This document shows positions 13,914 through 30,057 of a stretch of DNA of 64,000 nt, one piece after another. The notes beneath the pieces were generated by a model. It had not been told where the DNA came from. It was given only the letters and a program-made list of their open reading frames with translations, and searched no databases. A program made the translations under genes and the position numbers. How positions within the stretch are numbered: position 1 is the first letter of the stretch; every line of letters begins with the position of its first letter. Source of the stretch: the human T2T-CHM13v2.0 reference genome, Homo sapiens. The stretch is taken from assembly GCF_009914755.1 (NCBI RefSeq), contig NC_060935.1; one strand, given 5' to 3'.

Positions 13914-16201
13914 TGATATGATTTGGCTCTGTGTCCCTATACAAATCCCATTTTGTAGCACCCATAATTCCCATGTGTTGTGAGAGGTACCCAGTGGGAG
14001 ATGCCTGAATCATGGGAGTGGGTCTTTGCCATGCTGTTCTTGTATTAGTGAATGGGTCTCAAGAGATCTGATGGTTTTAAAAATGGGAGTTTTCCTGAAC
14101 CAGCCTTTCTCTCTTGCCACCACCACAAAAGAAGCACCTTTTGCATTCCACCATGATTATGTGGCCTTCCCAGCCAGGTGGAATTCTGAGTCCAATAAAC
14201 TTCCTTCTTTTGTAAATTGCCAAATCTTGGGTATGTCTTTATCAGCAGCTTAAAAACTGACTAATACAGTAAATTGGTACCATTAGAGTGGGGTGTTGTG
14301 GAAAAGATGCCTGAAAATGTGGAAGTGACTTTGAAACTGAGTAACAGGCAGAGATTGGAATAGTTTGCAGGGCTCAGAAGAAGACTGGAAAATGTGGGAA
14401 AGTTTGGAAATTCCTAAAGATTTGTTGAATGGCTTTGCCCAAAATGCTGACAGTGATACGGACAATAAAGTCCAGGGTGAGGTGGTCTCAGATGGAGATG
14501 AGGAACTTGTTGGGTACTGAAGCAAAGGTGACTCTTGTTATGTTTTAGCAAAGAGACTGATGGCATTTTGCCCATGCCCTAGAGATTTGTGGAACTTTGA
14601 ACTTGAGAAAGGTGATTTAGGGTATCTGGCAGAATAAATTTCTAAGCAGCAAAGCATTCAAGGGGTGGTTTGGGTGCTGTTAAATGCATTCAGTTTTATA
14701 AGGGAAGCAGAGCATAAAAGTTTGGAAAATTTGCAGCCTGACAATGTGATAGAAGAGAAAATCCAATGTTCTGAAAAGAAATTCAAGCTGGCTGCAGGGA
14801 TTTGCATAAGTAATGAGGAGCTGAATGTTAATCACCAGGACAATGAGGAAAATGTCTCCAGGGCATGTCAGAGGTTTTCACAGCAGCCCCTCCCATCACA
14901 GGCCTGGAGGCCTAGGAGGAAAAAGTGGTTTCATGGGCTGGGCCCAGGGTACCTGTGCTGTTTGAAGCCTAGAGACTTGGTGCCCTGGGTCATGGCCACT
15001 CCAGCCGTGGCTGAAAGGGGCCAATGTAGAGCTTGGGCCATGGCTTTACTGTGTGCAAACCTCAAGCCTTGGCAGCTTCCACATGGTGTTGAGCCTGACA
15101 GTGCACAGAAGTTAAGAATAGGGGTTTGGGAACCTTCACCTAGATTTCAGAGGATATATGGAAATACCTGGATGTTCAGGCAGATGTTTGCTGCAGGGGC
15201 AGGGCTCTCATAGAGAACCTATGCTAGGGCAGTGCAGAAAGGAAATGTGGGGTCAGAGCCCCCACACAAACTCTCTACTGGGGCACCACCTAGTGGAGCT
15301 GTGAGAAGAGGGCCATTGTCCTCTAGACCCTAGAATGGTAGATCCACTGACAGCTTACACTACGTGCCTGGAAAAGCCACAGACACTCAATGCCAGCATG
15401 TGAAATCAGCCAGGAGGGAGGCTGTACCTTGCAACGCCACAGGGCAGAGCTGCTCTAGACCATGGGAACCCACATCTTGCATCAGAGTGAGTTGGATGTG
15501 AGACGTGGAGTCAGGAGAGATCATTGTGAAGCTTTAGGATTTGACTGCCTCGCTGGATTTCGGACTTGCATGAGCCCTGTAGCCTCTTTGTTTTGTCCAA
15601 TTTCTCCCATGCGGAATGGCTGTATTTACCCAATGACTATATCCCCATTGTATCTAGGAAGCAACTAACTTACTTTTGATTTTACAGGCTCACAGGTGGA
15701 AAGGACTTGCCTTGTCTGGGGTGAGACTTTGGACTGTGGACTTTTGAGTTAATGCTGAAATGAGTTAAGATTTTGGGGTACTGTTGGAAAGGCATGACTG
15801 GTTTTGAAATATGAAGATATGAGATTTGGGATGGGCCAGCAGCAAAATGATATGGTTTGGCTCTGTGTCTCCACACAAATCTCATTTTGTAGCTCCCATA
15901 ATTCCCACATGTGTGTGAAGGACCCAGTGGGAGATAATTGAATTTTGGGGGCAGGTCTTTCCTGTGCTGTTCTCATGATAGTGATTGGGTCTCACAAGAT
16001 CTGATGGTTTTAAAAATGGGAGTTTCCCTGTACCAGCTCCTCTCTCTTGCTGCTGCCATGTAAGACATGCATTTCGTGTTCCACCATGATTGTGAGGCCT
16101 CACCAGCCACATGGAACTGTGAGTCCAATAAACTTCTTTCTTTTGTAAATTGCCCAGTCTTGGCTATGTCTTTATCAGCAGTGTGAAAACAGACTAATAT
16201 A
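13914..16201 (+). mobile_element. Complete THE1A MaLR element (5' LTR 13914-14268, internal 14269-15847, 3' LTR 15848-16201)
   Basis: Two 354-355 bp LTRs (TGATATG...CTAATA(C/T)A), about 1.58 kb internal region, perfect TSD CTCCC at 13909-13913 and 16202-16206. Confidence 0.95.
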
Positions 16202-17104
16202 CTCCCTACCCATCATCACCACATATATTTCGCTAATATTATTCTATCTGTGTTCTACATTTAAGTTCTTTTTTTTTCCCACTGGAAAATACTTCTAATT
16301 TACCCTGTGTAACCTGTCAAATATAAATACTCTCTCCTTGCTTTATATACAGGTGGTACTGGATGAATATGTCTTGAACTTTATTACTAGCAGGAAAATG
16401 TGCAATGCTATTTATTATTTCAACTGTGAAAATACATATTTTTGATATTTGAAATCTTTAATATTTGATATTTAATATTTTTAATCTTTAATATTTGAAA
16501 TTTAAATGGCAAAACTGACTATATCATTGGCCAGATGTGCTATCAGTCAAGAAATTCACATTTGGATCACAAGTAGAATCAATTTCAAAGAACTGATAAA
16601 ATAACAAAGCAGTAATGCTGTCCTCAAAAGTTAATAGGCTATATTAAAATTGGGGAAGAAATGAACCCAAAGGAATTCTATATAATACCTTTCCATTTAC
16701 AGTTGTTGTGGACATGTTTCTCAATAATATTATGTTGCCTACAGCAAATTAAGCACGTTGAATTTAAAATATTTGAAAATAGATAACAATCAGGTGTCCA
16801 TTCAGTGAATTACAGAACTGGGCATCAAAAGGCCAATAGAATAGGGGATATGAGGCAACAAAGGAAAAGATACATTTTAAAGGCTTGGCAATGTAAATTT
16901 TCAGAAGGCAACAAACAGATAAGAGGAAGGTTATAAAAGGAGAAAAACTACGCTATCAGATGAGTAGACATGAGTTGCTTAAGAAAATAATGAGAAATGG
17001 CAATAGATAGCCTTGGAGGAGACAAGGAAAATCATGTATTCCCTCCATTTTGATTCTAATCTGTACGTAAAGGTTGTGTTGAGAAGAAGACAGAGATTTG
17101 TGTT

Positions 17105-17300
17105 TGAAATAGGGCAGAACTAGTTTCAAATCCCAATTGTAGTATTAACTACATAATTTGATTCAAGTTAAATTTCTGGTTTCCATTTTCTTTTATGCAA
17201 AATGAGGATAATCATTTATACTTCTTAGAATTGAGGTGAAGATGTAACAACATCATATATATGTAAATATTTCTTACAACATATGGAATGTGGTAGGCAT
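17105..17300 (+). mobile_element. MIR
   Basis: GTTTCAAATCCCA...TTTCCATTTTCTTTTATGCAAAATGAGGATAAT core. Confidence 0.6.
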
Positions 17301-18504
17301 ACATATCTTCTTCCCATGCAAGGAAAGAGCATCTCTCTAGACTGTTTCCTATCTCAATGATTTATATCATCACGAAATTAATATCACACTGGAATAAATA
17401 TCAGAAAACTGAGTATCTTATATTAGGTTCACCAGTATCCAGCAAATAACATATCTGGCATGATGTATTTTTCATTTGTACAGTTTTGTTACAAACAGAA
17501 CATGAACAGCTACTGTTTGTAGTCAAGAAACAAAAAAAGTTATGGCAAGATAATAGTATCTGTTGAATTAACTGAATTTGTTAAGTAAAAATGGAAAAAC
17601 ATAGTTCATATAAATTAGTAAGAGAAGCAACAGTTTGTGGAGACTACTTTGAATCAATTTGACAAAGTTCATGGAGCATATACTATGAATAAGATGCTTT
17701 ACAAATGATACAAAGATGAATTCAACAGTTTTTTACCTGCAAAGAACTTAATCTCTGCTAATTAAGAAAAGAATTGCACATAGCTAAATGTATTATATGG
17801 TCAAGTAGAATACAATATATATTAAAGGTAGAAAGTGAAGTTCTAGAAAAAGGTGTTACTATGACAGACTGATTAGTATCCATGTCTGTTGCTAATCATT
17901 ACTGATTAGTATTCATGTATGTTCAGTTTATCAATAAATTTTACCAAATGCCTTCTTTGTGCAAATAACAGTTTAAGGACATTACAGTTTTTATCATCAG
18001 TGCCATGTCTAGGCCTGCTTCCCAACCTAGAGCTAAACTGCTTATTTATGGGTGCAATGGATTTTTCTTAAGTAGCACAAGATTGCACTTTCACCTATTT
18101 AGATTTTTCTTGTTTTTTTCTCTGAAGCCTTCATCTAATTTTTCAAAAGAAAATACAAAAGGAGAGGGTAGGTGAATCATTGGCCCTGAAAGAGACAAGG
18201 AATTGAGAGTAATTTGAATTATACATGATGTTAATTTGTGCTACCTCAAATTCTAAAATGTGATGGGGAAAAAAATGATCACTTGAAGTCAGTTGAAGCA
18301 TGTTAGAGTCATATAAATGATAACAATTAGATACTGTAATCTATCTCAAATAGCAAGTTAATAATGATTGTTTTTGGTACTAAGGCCTTAGAGAGACTCT
18401 TGTCAGTCAGTGCCTAATATTCTACAGTATTTAGAGAAGCCCAGCACCAGTAATCATGCTAATTTGTAATGAGACCATGACAGAGGTGAAAGAAGGGGAT
18501 TGAT

Positions 18505-18665
18505 TGTTATTAGATGCTTATTAATTTCCAGGCACTTGTATATGCATTCGATTATTTAATTTTCATAACAACTATGTGAATTAAGAATTCTTATTAATAT
18601 TTAAAATAATAAAATGTAGGCAAAGGAAGGTTAAGCAACACGATCTAGCTGCTAACAGAGCCACA
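18505..18665 (-). mobile_element. MIR fragment
   Basis: CCAGGCACTTG...ATTATTTAATTTTCATAACAACTATGTGA...AGGTTAAGCAAC. Confidence 0.55.
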
Positions 18666-19722
18666 TTTCCCATACTAGCTACACAAATGCTTCCAAAAAT
18701 TGCCTGATTACAATAAATCCTACAAAAAATCCTCTTTGGTACAACATAAAATAAAATTCTCAGGATTCTCCTTTGAAATTCTTGTTCAACATTTCTAGAG
18801 TGAGGCCAGAAAGCTGAGATTTTAACAACAGTTATTTTAGATCATTTTATCACCAGGCAAGATTTGGAAATATTACACCATGCCACGATTTGGAGATGGC
18901 TCCAGATATTCTTTATGTGGGCCTTTTATTTAATATGTAGACCCCTTTTCTCTACCGTTTTTGGCGTATTCCTGTAGGTCTCTTGTCACATCAAAACCTA
19001 CTCCCTGGAAAAAAAATATATTTTTAAGTCAGTCATTGATGCCTGAGTATGAATTTAATTTATAGTGTTTTCTCTCCTGGGGAGTTTGCATCTTTAGCTT
19101 TAGTTTAGGATGTGGGAGAAAAGTTTTTACCTTCTGGTTAGTTTTATGAATAAAATATTCAGAAAACTGGCAGGTGAGAAATGTGGAAAGAATGCATAAG
19201 AAGGTATTTTTAAGGCTCTTGAAATCACGGGGAAGGAAAGGCAACTTTCTAGCCTTATGTTTAAAAAAATGTCCTCAATTAAACTGAGGATGTGAAGAAT
19301 GACTATGTGAGTATAATATTTTTGTAGGAATTCAAGTGTTCACTTGGAATTTATATTTTAAAATACTTTAGACTTATGATTAAGAATGTAATGAAAAAGA
19401 GGGAAATCCTGATGCTGCCAGGAGAAAGCACAGAAATTTTCCCGCATGGCTTATACCTCAGCTGCCAAAAACACACCTATTCCTGGTATTTCTGGTATAG
19501 TGCAAAACTAACAGTTGAAATGACAAATGATTCTTTTGGTTTATAGTTGAAGCATTTCCGCAGCTTAAAAGATTTTGTTTGCCCATGTTGTAATGAACAC
19601 TATTCCCTGCATTTTGCAAAACAATAAATTGTTTATTTTTTCCCCTGAACCTTATAGACTAATACTAGATTCACTTATAAAAACAAAACACTAATGACAG
19701 AGCATATACATTTATGCAGATA

Positions 19723-21124
19723 TAGCATACCTTGAAGATATTGTGGGTTTGGTTCCAGACCAATGCAATGAAGTGAATATTGCAATAAAGAGAGTTACAT
19801 ATTATTTTTTCACATCCCAGTGCACATAAAAGTTATAATTACATTATACTATAGCCTACAAGTGTGCAATAGCATTTTGTCTAAAAATTGTATATGCCTT
19901 ACCTTAAAAATACTTTGGTGCTAAAAAGTGCTAATGATCTTTTTTGAATCTTGCCTTCATGTTGATGGCTGCTGAAGTTTGGAGTGGCTGTGGCAATTTC
20001 CTAAAATAAGAGAACAGGAAAGTTTGCTGCATCCATTGACTTCCTTTCATGAAAGGTTTCTCTGTAGCCTGTGATGCTGTTTGATACTATTTTACCCAGA
20101 GTAAAACTTCTTTCAAAATTAGAGTCAATTTTCTCAAACCCTGCTGCTGCATTATCAACCAGGTTTATGCAGTATTCTACGTCCTTTGTTGTCATTTCAA
20201 CAATGTGGAAGCAGCTCCACATCCTTTCAAGTTTTATCATGAGATTGCAGCAGTTCAGTCACGTTTTTAGGCACCACTTCTAATTCTAGTTCTTTTGCTA
20301 TTTCCACCACATTTGCAGTTACTTCCTCCATGGAAGTCTTAAACCCCGCAAAATCATTTATGAGGGTTGGAATCAACTTTTTCCAAACTCAAGTTAATGT
20401 TGATATTTTGAACTGCTCCCACGAATTACAAATGTTCTTAATAGCATCTAGAATGGTGAATCCTTTCCAGAAGGTTTTCAATTCACTTTGCTCACATCCA
20501 TTGCAAGCATCACTATCTATGGCAGCTATATCCATACAAAATGTATGTCTTAAATAATAAGACTTGAAAGTCAAGATCACTCCTTGATCCATGGGCTGCA
20601 GAATGAATGTTGTGTTAGAGGGACAAAAATAACATTAATCTCCTTGTACGTCTCCTAGCTCTTGGGTAACCGAGTGCCTTGTCAATGAAAGAAATCCTAT
20701 TTTTTTTTTTTTTTTTAGCAATATGTCTAAATGGTGGGTTTAAAATATTCGGTAAACCATATTGTAAACAGATGTGCTGCCATCCAAGCTTTATTGTTCC
20801 ATATATAGAACATCCAGTCAGTGGAATAAACATAAAACACACAACATTGATTAATTAAGTTCATCATTTTATATGGGTGCAGTTCATGGCACCCAAAACC
20901 AATTATAATAGTAATATGAAAGATCACAGATTATCATAACAGAAGTAGTAATAATAATAACATTCGAAATATTGTGAGAAATACCAAAATGTGACATAGA
21001 GACATGAAGTAGGCACTGGCTGTTGTGAAAATGGTGCCAACACATTTGCTTGACACAGTCACCAAAGATCTTCAAATTGTAAAAAATGAAGTATCTGTAG
21101 AGCACAATAAAATGAGGAATGCTT
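19723..21124 (-). mobile_element. Tigger1 (TcMar) DNA transposon, internally deleted
   Basis: Both ends are present (GCATACCTTGAAGATATTGTGGG; CACAATAAAATGAGGAATGC) with TA flanks; transposase remnants [32 protein letters not shown] and [15 protein letters not shown]. Confidence 0.92.
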
Positions 21125-21735
21125 ATATAAGTTGAAATAATATATGGAGTAGGAAAGTTTACACTGAGGGCTAATAATAAATTGTTAAGTGCCTTATCAA
21201 ACCATAAAAATAGATATTTTATTGCACATAACATAGTTCATGTCGAAGTAATTTATGTTAGTAGCTCTTTTCTTGTTTTTTTTTCTTTTCCTTCTTTTTG
21301 CTATATTATACTAATGGTGGGTGATACATGAAAAAAGCTGTAACAACAAACATGCTGTATAATAAAAAATACAATTATGAGTTGCTGGTGTATGCTGGTG
21401 AAGCTGATACTATGATCATAAACAAATGTAATTAGTAATTTATTTCTAAGGGTAATAATATGATTGATATATAGATAAGACTTTGGTTTAATACAATGGA
21501 AATTATTTAAGAGGTTGATCATCTAGGCTCTGCAGTGAGACTGCTTGTGATATAATATTGGCCTCATATTTTGCATACACTAACTTAGTGTCCTAGTAGT
21601 AACTATTCAACTCTTGTGTGTTTCATTTTCTATCTCTGTTAAGTGCAAATTAAAAGGTATGTATTGTATAGTTGTATATACATATCTGTGTACATATACA
21701 CAGACATATATGCAGCATATATGCAAGTGTATATA

Positions 21736-22074
21736 CAGCCGTGTGCCACATAACAATGTTTCCATCAATGACAAAACACATATTTCACAGTGGCCCCATA
21801 AGATTATGACACCATATTTTTACTGTACTTTTTCTATGTTTAGATATACACAATTGCTTACCATCTTGTTACAATTGCCTGTGCTATTTAGTACAGTAAG
21901 GTGCTGTACAGGTTTGTAGCGTAAGAGCAATAGTCTACACCGTATAGCCTAGGGGAGTAGCAGGCTATGCCACTAAGGTTTGTATAAGAATACCCTATGA
22001 TGTTCACACAGTGACAAAACAGCCTAACGACACAGTTTTCAGAATATATTCAGTTGTTAAGTGAGGTGTGACTG
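21736..22074 (+). mobile_element. Tigger3a (MER7A) MITE
   Basis: TA|CAGCCGTGTGCCACATAAC...GTTAAGTGAGGTGTGACTG|TA, about 340 bp with degenerate TIRs. Confidence 0.85.
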
Positions 22075-22084
22075 TATAAATACT

Positions 22085-22360
22085 CTTAGTTGGAGTCCCA
22101 GGGAAGCACATATAACACACTCAAATTAGAATAATTGAAGATGAGATTATTATCAAGGAAATTAACAACACAAGTGGAGGTAGGGTTCAGAGATACTGGA
22201 GGGGAGCACAGGATTCTGAACAAATAATAACAGAGCTGTTATCACACTAACCCCAAAGGGACAAGAAAAGGAAGGGGTCTCTGGAACCTGAAAAGACAGT
22301 TATGTTAGGCCACCTAGAGAGGAGTAGTGGGTTTCTTTCAAAGGATAGTCAGTCTAAAGA
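22085..22360 (-). mobile_element. Ancient ERVL LTR fragment (LTR33-like)
   Basis: GTCCCAGGGAAGCACA...ACACTCAAATTAGAATAATTGAAG...CAAGTGGAGGTAGGG resembles LTR33. Confidence 0.45.
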
Positions 22361-22439
22361 CTTTTAAATAGTTTTGGAAAGAAAGCTGATGGCTACTGAG
22401 TATACCGAATTATGTTCCAGAAAAGTAAGTTGTTTACGT

Positions 22440-24068
22440 CAGTGGTTTTCGATCTTTGCATCTCTGGGGCTGTTATATGGTCTTAAAAAAAGTGAGAATG
22501 CCAGAGAATATATCCAGTTATATCTCTTGATGTTTACCATCTTGGAATTTACAGCAGACAATTTTAAAACTTTCATTGATTTATTTTAAAATCATAATAA
22601 ATAACTCTGGGAACCACACACTTTTTCTGTGAATGGCTGGATAATAAGTACTTTAGGTTTTTTGAGCCATTTTTTTTGTAATTATTCAGTTCTGCTGCTG
22701 TAGAACAAAAATAACCATGGACGATATATAAAACATTGAGTATAACTGTGTTAAAAAAAATCATTATTTACAAAAATAGGCATGAAGCTAGATCAGGCCT
22801 TCAGGCTGGATTTGGTCTTTGATAACTCCAGATAAAACTGTTTACATAAACCTATTAACCTGTTAATGTAAATAATATATTTTGATAATAATTAGTTTCC
22901 AATAGAGTATGGTGAGAAAAGAGACACCATTTCTCATTTTTATTAATCTCTAATGTCTGGTTTTATAAGAAAGCTGAATTCTTTTATCTAATTTGGCATT
23001 AAATTTATCACAATGTTGATTTGATTGACATGTGTAGGAATATCTGGCCCCATCCAAGTATACAGTTTGAAATATGAGGTTATTTTACTAACTTTTTGAG
23101 ATATTTATGTTCTTTTTTAATGCTATACCAAAATTCAACTAGCAGTTGATTTCAAAGGATAATTGCAATGTGTAATCTGAGACCATATCAATATACATTT
23201 AATATTTTTTATTAAAAAACATTTGTTTTTCTCACATGAAGGTGATTCTGTAACATGCATAGATCATGTAAATAATACTGTTTGGTGTAGTGATGCAGAG
23301 CTTCCAAATATTAACACAGTTTATTATACAATATTTTATAATTAATATTACTGTTTATCTGCCAAGAAAAGTCTTTATATTCAAAAGGTGTCAAGCTCCT
23401 GGTAGCAAGTACAGCTTTTCCAACATTCTGACTTTTGCTTGAAAACATTAATTTTATGTAGCAAATATTGTTTCATAAAATTAAAACTTTATAGTACAAA
23501 ATGCAAAACTTTTTAGTAACAAATATTGTTAACTGCTTTTCTTGAGGTAATGGTCTTACTTTGTTCATTTTCAAGACAATATCTATCAAAATCCTAAGTT
23601 TAAATAACTATAGTTTTTCTGTCTGTTCTTTCAAGTAAAAATTTTGTTCCCTGAATAAAGCAGCTAGTTTAGCTTGCACAGAATAGACTTGCCAATTGCT
23701 TCTCCTTAAGATAGTCCTCAAACTTTGGTATACAACAGAAGTATTTCATGTGTACTTACCATTTCATCATACAGAATATTAAACGAAAATTATGTAAGTA
23801 AGAGTAGAGATTTAAAAGTTGAGTAATTTTTATTACTTCATCAAAAACATGGTAGTGAAAACAATAACTATTAGTATGGTTGGGTGCCGTTTCCTTGACT
23901 TGTACTAAGGTACCCATATTTTTACTCACCATTGTTTTTGCATCATCAGTACAAACGTTAACACAATAAAAAAAACAAATAATATTTTAGTACTATTCTA
24001 AAATACTTTGGATCTCACATGCCCTTTGAAAGGTTTGGATATCTCCGAGTGTCCACTTGGAAAAACAT
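22440..24068 (-). mobile_element. Charlie1a (hAT) DNA transposon interrupted by MER58A
   Basis: CAGTGGTTTTC terminus; other terminus CCCTTTGAAAGG...CCACTTGGAAAAAC; about 1.4 kb after removing the insert. Confidence 0.75.
22607..22831. mobile_element. MER58A hAT MITE nested in Charlie1a
   Basis: CTTTTTCTGTGAATGGCTGGATAATAAGTACTTTAGG...TTATTTACAAAAATAGGC...GGATTTGG, about 225 bp. Confidence 0.75.
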
Positions 24069-25159
24069 TACACTTTATGAATGAGAAACAGTGAGGGTCC
24101 AGAAAAGATAAAAATAATAGTTTGGTGTCAAAATGTCAAATAACTTTATAGGACAACCATGAAAAGAATATGCCTTTACTAACTTAAAATTAAAAGTCTC
24201 TCCTGAATGCTCTGCTACTTCATTTGTATACTAATATCTTACACAAATTGTCTTATTTACCTTGAAAATTATGAAGCCCTACTTATTTTCAAGGTACTAA
24301 CACTTACACTCACCACTGTATTGGATTCTGAAACATGAGTTTACCACAATGGAAAGCAGATAGATGTACTATGGCTTTATCAAGCATAGCCACTGAAGGA
24401 CAAAGCAGTAAAACAATTCAGTTAATACAGAAAACCAGGCGATTAGTTTGATGTAAATGGCCAAGATTATATTTTTATTTTCTGTTTGTTTCCTTATAAT
24501 ATAGACATTGTTCTTTCAACTACAAAATGTAATAATGATTTTACATTATGTACTTCTTTTACTTTTCAAAATTATTTTAGAATTATTGACAAATATTTAA
24601 TAACTAAAGAAAAATATTTTCAATACGTGATTAAGTTCAAACATAGAAGTTATTATGTCAATTAAAGCAAGTCTTATTTCCGGCTTAAAATTAGGCAGGA
24701 ATTAATATAAAAGTAAATATTCCCCCAAGATTTCTATTTAACTAACGGCATTATTTTTGCATTATAACTACTCGTATTGCCAAGACACAGAGTTGAGTGC
24801 CAATGATTAATTATATCTACACTTACAAAAAATCCTAATCTCTTAATATTTTTTATAACTCTAAATAGAAATATAAAATTATTAATATTTTCATGAGTCA
24901 CCGCATGCACATTTCAATATTTATTTTAAATACTGGTTTTTTCATTTTTTATTTTATTATTATTATACTTTAAGTTTTAGGGTACATGTGCACAATGTGC
25001 AGGTTTGTTACATATGTATACATGTGCCATGCTGGTGTGCTGCACCCATTAACTCGTAATTTAGCATTAGGTATATCGCCTAATGCTATCCCTCCCCCCA
25101 ACCCACAACAGTCCCCAGAGTGTGATATTCCCCTTCCTGTGTCCATGTGTTCTCATTGT

Positions 25160-28981
<3,822 letters not shown>

Positions 28982-29044
28982 TATGATGTTAGCTGGTTAT
29001 TTTGCTCGTTCGTTGATGCAGTTTCTTCCTAGCCTCGATGTTCT

Positions 29045-30057
29045 TTACAATGTGGCATGATTTTGCAGTGGCTGGTACCGGTTGTTCCTTTCCATGTTTA
29101 GCGCTTCCTTCAGGAGCTCTTTTAGGGCAGGCCTGGTGGTGACAAAATATCTCAGCATTTGCTTGTCTGTAAAGTATTTTATTTCTCCTTCACTTATGAA
29201 TCTTAGTTTGGCTGGATATGAAATTCTGGATTGAAAATTCTTTTCTTTAAGAATATTGAATATTGGCCCCCACTTTCTCCTGGCTTGTAGAGTTTCTGCT
29301 GAGAGATCCGCTGTTAGTCTGATGGGCTTTCCTTTGTGGGTAACCCGACCTTTCCTCTGGCTGCCCTTAACATTTTTTCCTTCATTTCAACTTTGGTGAA
29401 TCTGACAATTATGTGTCTTGGAGTTGCTCTTCTCGAGGAGTATCTTTGTGGCGTTCTCTGTATTTCCTGAATCTGAATGTTGGCCTGCCTTGCTAGATTG
29501 GGGAAGTTCTCCTGGATAATATTCTGCAGAGTGTTTTCCAACTTGGTTCCATTCTCCCCGTCACATTCAGGTACACCAGTGAGACATAGATTTGGTCTTT
29601 TCACATAGTCCCATATTTCTTGGAGGCTTTGTTCATTTCTTTTTATTCTTTTTTATGTAAGCTTCCCTTCTCGCTTCATTTCATTCATTTCATCTTCCAT
29701 CACTGATACCCTTTCTTCCAGTTGATCGCATCGGCTCCTGAGGCTTCTGCTTTCTTCACGTAGTTCTCGAGCCTTGGCTTTCAGCTCCATCAGCTCTTTT
29801 AAGCACTTCTCTGTATTGGTTATTCTAGTTATACATTCGTCTAAATTTTTTTCAAAGTTTTTAACTTCTTTTCCTTTGGTTTGAATTTCCTCCTGTAGCT
29901 CAGAGTAGTTTGATCGTCTGAAGACTTCTCTCAACTCGTCAAAGTCATTCTCCGTCCAGCTTTGTTCCATTGATGGTGAGGAACTGCGTTCCTTTGGAGG
30001 AGGAGAGGCACTCTGCTTTTTAGAGTTTCCAGTTTTTCTGCTCTGTTTTTTCCCCAT
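29045..30057 (-). pseudogene. L1 ORF1p, disrupted
   Basis: MGKKQSRKTGNSKKQSASPPPKE start; premature TAA at 29653; later frameshift near 29345. Confidence 0.95.

Noticed and set aside
14665-15213. 182-aa ORF as a gene
   Set aside because: Lies inside the THE1A internal region, starts at GTG, and is a broken remnant of the MaLR internal ORF
16441-16505. Repeated AATCTTTAATATTTGA units as a structured array
   Set aside because: Low-complexity AT-rich slippage with no regular repeat-spacer architecture
20001-20592. Domesticated Tigger transposase (TIGD-like gene)
   Set aside because: Fragmented by stops and frameshifts, and the N-terminal region is deleted
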